64,000 nucleotides of DNA from a virus: IMG/VR virus record IMGVR_UViG_3300009011_000012, positions 1 to 64,000 of that record; one strand, written 5' to 3'. Position numbers and translations under genes: made by a program. This document shows positions 58,625 to 64,000 of this stretch, one piece after another (the stretch's first letter is position 1; every line of letters begins with the position of its first letter). The notes beneath the pieces are model-generated. The model had not been told where the DNA came from, ran no database searches, and saw only the letters and a program-made list of their open reading frames with translations.

Positions 58625-59620
58625 ATGGAATTTACCAGAGAACAATTAACGAAAATCATCGAAAGCGCGGAAGTCGTTATTACTGCATTGGATGGTACGA
58701 ATGAAGACCTTCATCCAGGCAATAACAAAGGGATGGTGGAAGCTTGGGACCATTTGAATGATGTTGCGGCCCCGCCGAAAGTTGTGAAGGAGCTGGCGCG
58801 TATTGCGATGGCAGCAACAGTTGAGCCCCTGTATCAATACCGAATTCGAAATGGCTACAACGGACAGGTAACAGAGTGGCAAACCATTAGACGTGACCAG
58901 GTTGATTTTGTTTTGAAAGCTCAGCCGCATAATACTGAGTTTCAAATTATCGCCCCGCCAGCTCCGATTCCTGATGTTTCCGCCGTCGCCCGCGCGGCGC
59001 TGGATTACATCGATGCACTTCCGGACGAAGTGGTAGCCAAGCTTCCTGCAATGCCTGGTTTCGATCGAGATTGGGCTGAAGAGATTCTTTCCACGGTCGC
59101 CGCACCGGCGCAGAGAACGCTAGCCATTGCGAACGAGACGATCGACTTTGAACGCCTGTGTGAAATCGCAGAAGAGGACAAAGGAAGCGACGTGGCGTCT
59201 GAATCTTCAATAATGGCGCGCATGCTAATTGGCGTGGCCATGAACAGCGAGCCGGTGGCGTATACTGATGCAGATGAATTGCGTTTCCCGCACGCCACCA
59301 GCGACATGTGGCCCGCACCTCTTGGGCACGGTAGGGATGTTCCTCTATACACTGTACAGCAGCTTAACGATAGGGAAAGGGCTGAGCTCACGTCATATCG
59401 TTGGCTGGTGGAGCGCCTTGAGGCAGCGCTCCGGCCTGACTGTCCCGCTTTTGATGCTGCATGCCGCGCATTATGGGAACGTGAACCACACAGGATTTTG
59501 GAAAAGGCCGGTTACCCGATTGATTACGACTCTCAGCCACCAGCGATTAAAGCTGGCTTAAAGCGGCAGGTGTTAACGGTTTTAAGGACCGTGGAAAAGG
59601 AGGTGAGGGGTGAAGGCTGA
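58625..59620 (+). CDS. Eaa-like mosaic early protein
   Basis: ELARIAMAA..EP, EPVAY and VPLYT modules typical of eaa-like genes. Confidence 0.65.
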   Translation: MEFTREQLTKIIESAEVVITALDGTNEDLHPGNNKGMVEAWDHLNDVAAPPKVVKELARIAMAATVEPLYQYRIRNGYNGQVTEWQTIRRDQVDFVLKAQPHNTEFQIIAPPAPIPDVSAVARAALDYIDALPDEVVAKLPAMPGFDRDWAEEILSTVAAPAQRTLAIANETIDFERLCEIAEEDKGSDVASESSIMARMLIGVAMNSEPVAYTDADELRFPHATSDMWPAPLGHGRDVPLYTVQQLNDRERAELTSYRWLVERLEAALRPDCPAFDAACRALWEREPHRILEKAGYPIDYDSQPPAIKAGLKRQVLTVLRTVEKEVRGEG

Positions 59621-59801
59621 AATATCCATCGTTCGTCCGGGCGCATGCGATGACCATGAGATCAGGTTGATTATCCGGCTGGCACGCGGGAAAACGATCA
59701 CTGCCATCATGACGCCGGAAAACCTGGCATTAGCGCTGACAGGGAAATCAGACCTACCGGCAGAAATTTCCCTACGTAATGTGGATATAGTGGTGAAGTG
59801 A
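59610..59801 (+). CDS. Hypothetical protein
   Basis: 63 aa; last ORF before a terminator. Confidence 0.6.
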   Translation: MKAEISIVRPGACDDHEIRLIIRLARGKTITAIMTPENLALALTGKSDLPAEISLRNVDIVVK

Positions 59802-59818
59802 CCCATGGTGAAACGAGG

Positions 59819-59845
59819 AAAGGCCCAATATCTGGGCCTTTTTTT
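59819..59845. terminator. Intrinsic terminator
   Basis: AAAGGCCCA-ATATC-TGGGCCTTTTTTT. Confidence 0.85.
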
Positions 59846-59856
59846 ATTTGACGTAA

Positions 59857-59937
59857 TCACCGCTTGTTGATGTAGTCGATGATCGTCGTGATGATGGCCA
59901 CCAGCGGTGGTAGTATCTTCAGCAGCAAACTAACCAT
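59857..59937 (-). CDS. 26-aa hydrophobic peptide (type I toxin-like) no. 2
   Basis: AAGGAGG RBS; MVSLLLKILPPLVAIITTIIDYINKR*. Confidence 0.7.
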   Translation of the reverse strand: MVSLLLKILPPLVAIITTIIDYINKR

Positions 59938-59961
59938 TTTGAGCCTCCTTGGGCTTCGGGG

Positions 59962-60048
59962 TTATCGGTCTTTCCAGTAACCCAGCAGCGTCATAATGAT
60001 GACCGCTACCGGATGCGCGAGTTTTAAAAACAACAGCAGCATTTGCAT
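59962..60048 (-). CDS. 28-aa hydrophobic peptide (type I toxin-like) no. 1
   Basis: TAAGGA RBS; MQMLLLFLKLAHPVAVIIMTLLGYWKDR*; paralogous to peptide 2. Confidence 0.65.
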   Translation of the reverse strand: MQMLLLFLKLAHPVAVIIMTLLGYWKDR

Positions 60049-60299
60049 GTTGAATCCTTACTTGTTTTCTCGCGCCTGGCTGCAAACACCCTTGGGCTTG
60101 CCTTTGCAGTTGCTGTATCGATAGTCGCCAGATACATTCAGCACGATTTCATGTTTGGGTGAGGCCTTCGAATCACCAAAAAACCTGCGCAGAAATTTCG
60201 CTTTTAAATCATGTCCTAAACCCTTCTCAACCGTTAGGGAACCTTCAGAACGGTTCCAGCTGGCTTGAAGAATGCAGTGCATTTGTTTAAGCTAACTTC

Positions 60300-60385
60300 A
60301 GTCGCCAGATACATTTGGCACGGTAAGCGGAGTTCGCACCTCCAGTTACCGATTGAAAGACCCGGTCTAATCAGCCGGGTTTTTT
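60300..60385 (+). ncRNA. Candidate antitoxin sRNA
   Basis: TTGAAG-17-TAAGCT promoter; ACCCGG...CCGGGTTTTTT terminator; 5' end repeats 60123-60145, so it is antisense to the peptide leader. Confidence 0.65.
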
Positions 60386-60420
60386 CATTTCCGGCAGACA
60401 AAAAAAAGCTTATGGAATAA

Positions 60421-60495
60421 ATACTACATATAGGGGTTTCAAAAATTCTTCCCGCTATATGGTGAGTATTCTAGTATCGAATCATTTCAGTACAA
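60421..60495 (-). promoter_or_regulatory. Leftward promoter with tandem NrdR-like boxes
   Basis: TTGTAC-16-TAGAAT; ATACTACATATAGGGG (60421) and CCGCTATATGGTGAGT (60452) lie 31 bp apart. Confidence 0.4.
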
Positions 60496-60694
60496 GAGTT
60501 GATTTTGACGTTAAATTGAGGTTGTCAAGGGGTAAAAATGCTTAAGTCCTCGTAACATAAGGCCTGGAAGAGATGTCAATAATTAAGAAAAAAAATTCAA
60601 AATTTGATCGAGTGATGATTTCTTCAACGGGAGGTCAGAATTGCGCAACATGATGTCGCGCAATGCACTCAGTTTCATACCAAATCTTCGCTTC

Positions 60695-61012
60695 TTATCT
60701 TATGGTTTGTGCCATGCATTTCCGCCAGGCACTCCCCTCAACACCATTATCCACATACGTTGATATTGCATACGGAATACTCCTGATTTCGGTTGAAACG
60801 ACTGCTCCATCACTAGCTGAGGTCGCGCGAGGTATTGAGGTGAACTTGTATTGGCCGCTGATTCCTTTTGCTGCTTGAGCCTTCGATTTCGTCATGATGG
60901 TATTTGCGCATTGTTCTGCTGCTGCAAGCTGCGGATCTTTATCCGATTTATCCGCGCTGCATGCTGTGAGGGTGATAACCAAAGCAGAGATGAATAATTT
61001 TCTATTTATCAT
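60695..61012 (-). CDS. Lipoprotein
   Basis: Signal peptide with lipobox LTAC. Confidence 0.75.
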   Translation of the reverse strand: MINRKLFISALVITLTACSADKSDKDPQLAAAEQCANTIMTKSKAQAAKGISGQYKFTSIPRATSASDGAVVSTEIRSIPYAISTYVDNGVEGSAWRKCMAQTIR

Positions 61013-61143
61013 TTTTTCGACCTAACGCTAATAAAAACAATAGACTACATCAAAATACAGTGGCGTAGAAGCGACCGCTGCGCTTTGACATTTGCTTACT
61101 TCGCTCACTACACGATTTGGATCAGTGCCTAGTATTGAATATA

Positions 61144-61159
61144 CTGTATATATATACAG
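61144..61159. promoter_or_regulatory. LexA (SOS) box
   Basis: Consensus CTGTATATATATACAG. Confidence 0.92.
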
Positions 61160-61179
61160 TTCATGCGCGTGAGGCCGTT

Positions 61180-61434
61180 ATGGGTAAGGATCTGAAATAT
61201 GAAGTTATTCCGCGAGGGACTCATATCCCTTACATCACACCGGGAAAATGGACCTTCATACAGCGCAAACGTGAATATGGGGGAGGCTGGTGGTTCGGGA
61301 GGGCTTATGACGATCACTTTCAGCTTGAGTTTGAACGGCCGACCTCATTGGGTGAAGGTATTGACTATATAAATGCCTACGAAAAAGTAAGCAAACTACC
61401 TGACTGGGATGATGATTTTAATTTGGAGGGTTAG
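61180..61434 (+). CDS. LexA-regulated hypothetical protein
   Basis: GAGG RBS; first gene after the SOS box. Confidence 0.75.
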   Translation: MGKDLKYEVIPRGTHIPYITPGKWTFIQRKREYGGGWWFGRAYDDHFQLEFERPTSLGEGIDYINAYEKVSKLPDWDDDFNLEG

Positions 61435-61746
61435 ATGGGATTTCCTTCTCCTGCAACTGATTACGCAGAGTCTAGGTTAACCATAGATAGGATCTGCCAG
61501 ATAGACAGTAACTGTGTTGTTATTGAGACAACGACCGGTTACGCAGTGATTAACCGGTCAATGAAGGCAAAGCAGGGTGATATGGTGCTGATCTCGATGT
61601 TCGGGCGAAACCTATTTGCCAGGGTCCATGGAGCGACCTTGCGAGAAAACGACGGGAAAATAATAGCGGGTGAGGAGCTCAATGAAGTTCATGTTGAGGG
61701 CGTAGTGACCTTCACAATTCACAGAACTCCAAGTACCCGCACTTAG
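61435..61746 (+). CDS. humD: HumD/UmuD'-like protein (shortened)
   Basis: MGFPSPATDY...GVVTFTIH; the GDSM catalytic segment is absent. Confidence 0.75.
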   Translation: MGFPSPATDYAESRLTIDRICQIDSNCVVIETTTGYAVINRSMKAKQGDMVLISMFGRNLFARVHGATLRENDGKIIAGEELNEVHVEGVVTFTIHRTPSTRT

Positions 61747-62165
61747 TCCTTTTGGTCGGCGTAGCGTTGTTCTTGTAGGCTCTCAAACGATTCGGTTATT
61801 GACCAAGGGACCGATTTAAACCGCTCGATCGCCTTCAACACCTCTACAGCGGTCGCTGTTGGCTCGACGGCCCCCTGAAGCCACGGGAGGAGGGCATCAA
61901 TAATGCGATCTTTCATGTTCTCACCGTCCGCAAGCAACCGGGCTTGGTACGCTTGAATGTCGGCCACCAGCGCCGACTCAGCCAGGCGTTGAAAAGGTTC
62001 TCCCTCTCCCGGTTCGTCAAGTAACTCCAGACGCTCTTTAATGCGTTGCGTATCCCGTGTTATCGCGTCGGAGGGAGTTGTGGCCAACCAGAGCTGGCAA
62101 AGATGATCGGGAATAACGATCGTCGTTCGCGTACCGGTGCTCTTCCTCACATAGTTCACTTTCAT
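61743..62165 (-). CDS. Putative ribbon-helix-helix regulator
   Basis: RTTIVIPDHLCQLW N-terminus; divergent from an operator-flanked promoter. Confidence 0.55.
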   Translation of the reverse strand: MKVNYVRKSTGTRTTIVIPDHLCQLWLATTPSDAITRDTQRIKERLELLDEPGEGEPFQRLAESALVADIQAYQARLLADGENMKDRIIDALLPWLQGAVEPTATAVEVLKAIERFKSVPWSITESFESLQEQRYADQKD

Positions 62166-62214
62166 GGATTGAACCTCTTTTTTCAGAAAGCAACATAATA
62201 CCGATCATCCGTTT

Positions 62215-62274
62215 TTGAGTAAATATTTACTCAATCCCATTGACCTAATTCCATAAATGAGTAAATATTTACTC
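62215..62274. promoter_or_regulatory. Two perfect palindromic operators flanking a -35
   Basis: TTGAGTAAATATTTACTCAA (62215-62234) and GAGTAAATATTTACTC (62259-62274) around TTGACC. Confidence 0.8.
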
Positions 62275-62300
62275 GTCAGATGAGTTAGATAAAAATAAGG

Positions 62301-62663
62301 ATGAACGCGATGAAACCGATACTCAACAAAGAGATCACCACACTTGCCGAGCTGGTGGCCACAACTGAAAATCTTGAGCCAACAGACCCGAAATTACTCG
62401 CGGCGATTAACGAAGTGCCTGCTGCGGCAAACACTGACATAACCTCTCCACTGCGGATTATTTCCGATTACATGCTGCGCTTCCTCAGCAACAACAAGGA
62501 TGCAAAATTGTATGAGGCAAAAGATCGGCTCGAACACAAGATCATCCAGTTTACCTTTGATGGATACGATGAGCAGTGCTTACGACAAGCACTCTCCACC
62601 GCCACCAGCTGCCACACACGGGAAGCGTTCGCCAGCGCCCTCGAATTGGAGGCAATCCAATGA
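62301..62663 (+). CDS. Hypothetical protein
   Basis: 120 aa with TAAGGA RBS. Confidence 0.65.
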   Translation: MNAMKPILNKEITTLAELVATTENLEPTDPKLLAAINEVPAAANTDITSPLRIISDYMLRFLSNNKDAKLYEAKDRLEHKIIQFTFDGYDEQCLRQALSTATSCHTREAFASALELEAIQ

Positions 62664-63115
62664 CCGTATATCGCAACTATGCCACCCGCACGCAAGCCGT
62701 TACTGCGTTGAATAAGCTGCCGCTGGGAGAGTCCATTCTGTTAGTGCCGTACAACCCTGGCGCGTATCAGCAGGAGTCTGGAAGTCTTAAAGCTGTAGCT
62801 TGTAAGCAGCGTATTAAAATTGAGCTGAAAAAGGTGCTGCTGGTGGTTGAGGACGAAATGCCGCAGTCCTTCTTGCGTGTGAGGAAGGTCGCCGGGGAGC
62901 CAGTTCCGCTGACCGAAAAAGAGCAACGCACCGCCCTGCGTGATGAAGCTGCCGCGCTGCTGGAGCAGGCTGAAGCGCTGTTAACTGAGCTAACTGACGG
63001 ATACACCGAAGAGAAGGACGGCACATTCAGCGCCTGCCACCCGCATAATGGCTTTGCTAGCGTGATTCGTCAGATCTCCAGCCTGCGTAAACCACTGACG
63101 AGGGCGAAGGTATGA
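62660..63115 (+). CDS. Hypothetical protein
   Basis: GGAGG RBS; ATGA overlaps at both ends. Confidence 0.65.
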   Translation: MTVYRNYATRTQAVTALNKLPLGESILLVPYNPGAYQQESGSLKAVACKQRIKIELKKVLLVVEDEMPQSFLRVRKVAGEPVPLTEKEQRTALRDEAAALLEQAEALLTELTDGYTEEKDGTFSACHPHNGFASVIRQISSLRKPLTRAKV

Positions 63116-63927
63116 CACTTCTTAAGCCGATCACGCACGCACAGATCATGACGCTGCGCCGCCTGGGCTCTGGAGTGCGTTTCTCGCTCCGTGGTGATGG
63201 CAAGAAGGTGATAGAACGCCGGGGGCAAGCCTTGGCTCACCATGACCATATTAACGTCTCCAGCCTCATAATAATGGCTTGCTCGGCGACAAAGGGCAGG
63301 GAGGCGGCCCCGGCTATGGACCTCTATAAAGGAGTTATGTATTCAACATTCCGCGCGAACGTACCCGCAACACATCCTGCAATTGTCATCTTGTCGGCAA
63401 AGCACGGCTTCATTGAAGCTGACCGTGTTATCGAACCTTATGAACAGTGCATGACAGAAGCGCGTGCAGATGAAATGATTGCGAAGTTGCCTGATCTTGA
63501 CTCAATAAGATGGCCAACTGGCGTTCACTCAATACTGCTGGCTGGTGGCAAAACCTATCAGCGAGTGATGCGAGCAGCGATTAAACGCCGTATTGAACTT
63601 GGCTTGCTGGATAACGGCATCATTATCGAACAAACGAGTGGTGGCATTGGCTATCAACGGGCGCAGCTAGGCGCTTATCTGCGTAGCCTGCCTAACTCCA
63701 ACGTGAACCATGATAAAGTAACCGCGGACACTACAATGCACATAAAGGGGAGGGCCATGAGTAACCAACTCGACGCTCCGGCAGAGCAGGACATAGCAGC
63801 TGAAGGCTGCAATCCCAAAGAGGGATTGATCATCAACGGCTTGGGCCAGAAACCTGGTAATGGTAAATCGGTACCGTTTCAGATGCAGGAAATGAGCGAC
63901 CGGGCGACGGCTGAAGGACAGGAGTAA
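63112..63927 (+). CDS. DUF6884/YaaA-like domain protein
   Basis: IMACSATK...PAMDLYKG...ILSAKHGFI...IEPYE...LAGGKTY...GIGYQ. Confidence 0.65.
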   Translation: MTLLKPITHAQIMTLRRLGSGVRFSLRGDGKKVIERRGQALAHHDHINVSSLIIMACSATKGREAAPAMDLYKGVMYSTFRANVPATHPAIVILSAKHGFIEADRVIEPYEQCMTEARADEMIAKLPDLDSIRWPTGVHSILLAGGKTYQRVMRAAIKRRIELGLLDNGIIIEQTSGGIGYQRAQLGAYLRSLPNSNVNHDKVTADTTMHIKGRAMSNQLDAPAEQDIAAEGCNPKEGLIINGLGQKPGNGKSVPFQMQEMSDRATAEGQE

Positions 63928-64000
63928 TGTTAGATCTACGAAGTTACGAAAGCCAGTTAGATGATCCAGCCTGGCGCAAACTTCACATATCCGGGCCGGT
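63927..64000 (+). CDS. Partial ORF at the window edge
   Basis: CAGGAG-TA-ATG; MLDLRSYESQLDDPAWRK... Confidence 0.45.
   Translation, partial: MLDLRSYESQLDDPAWRKLHISGP

Noticed and set aside
60058-60282. 74-aa ORF in the toxin leader
   Set aside because: No RBS or recognisable features, and it overlaps the sRNA promoter; a mok-like leader role cannot be fully excluded.

Overview
This is a 64-kb section of a P1-family (P1/P7/D6-like) phage-plasmid from an enterobacterium. It carries most virion genes: portal, major capsid gp23, sheath gp22, tube, baseplate, tape measure and tail fibre. It also carries the lydA-lydB-hdf-darA-ddrA-(ssb)-ddrB holin/antirestriction operon, a P1-type RepA iteron replicon with a P7-type parABS, a second ParMRC partition system, dmt, rdgC, ref, a compact c4-icd immunity locus and early accessory ORFs. 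Most notable: (1) an A_AAA_AAG -1 frameshift site at the end of the capsid gene that would append a 24-aa Ig beta-strand peptide; this peptide matches the C-terminus of the next gene, a circularly permuted Ig-like (Big_2) protein, suggesting a capsid-anchored donor-strand Ig polymer; (2) a nine-site, nine-cassette tail-fibre shufflon driven by a Cin/Min-type invertase; (3) an unannotated type I toxin-antitoxin-like locus with two small hydrophobic peptides, an sRNA and NrdR-like boxes; (4) a RelE-like plus stand-alone Shedu nuclease cassette; (5) a structured ~100-nt late ncRNA candidate; (6) candidate repressor-operator and late-promoter motifs derived directly from the sequence. Homology calls rest on my recollection of P1/P7 proteins, on motifs and on synteny; no database searches were run.
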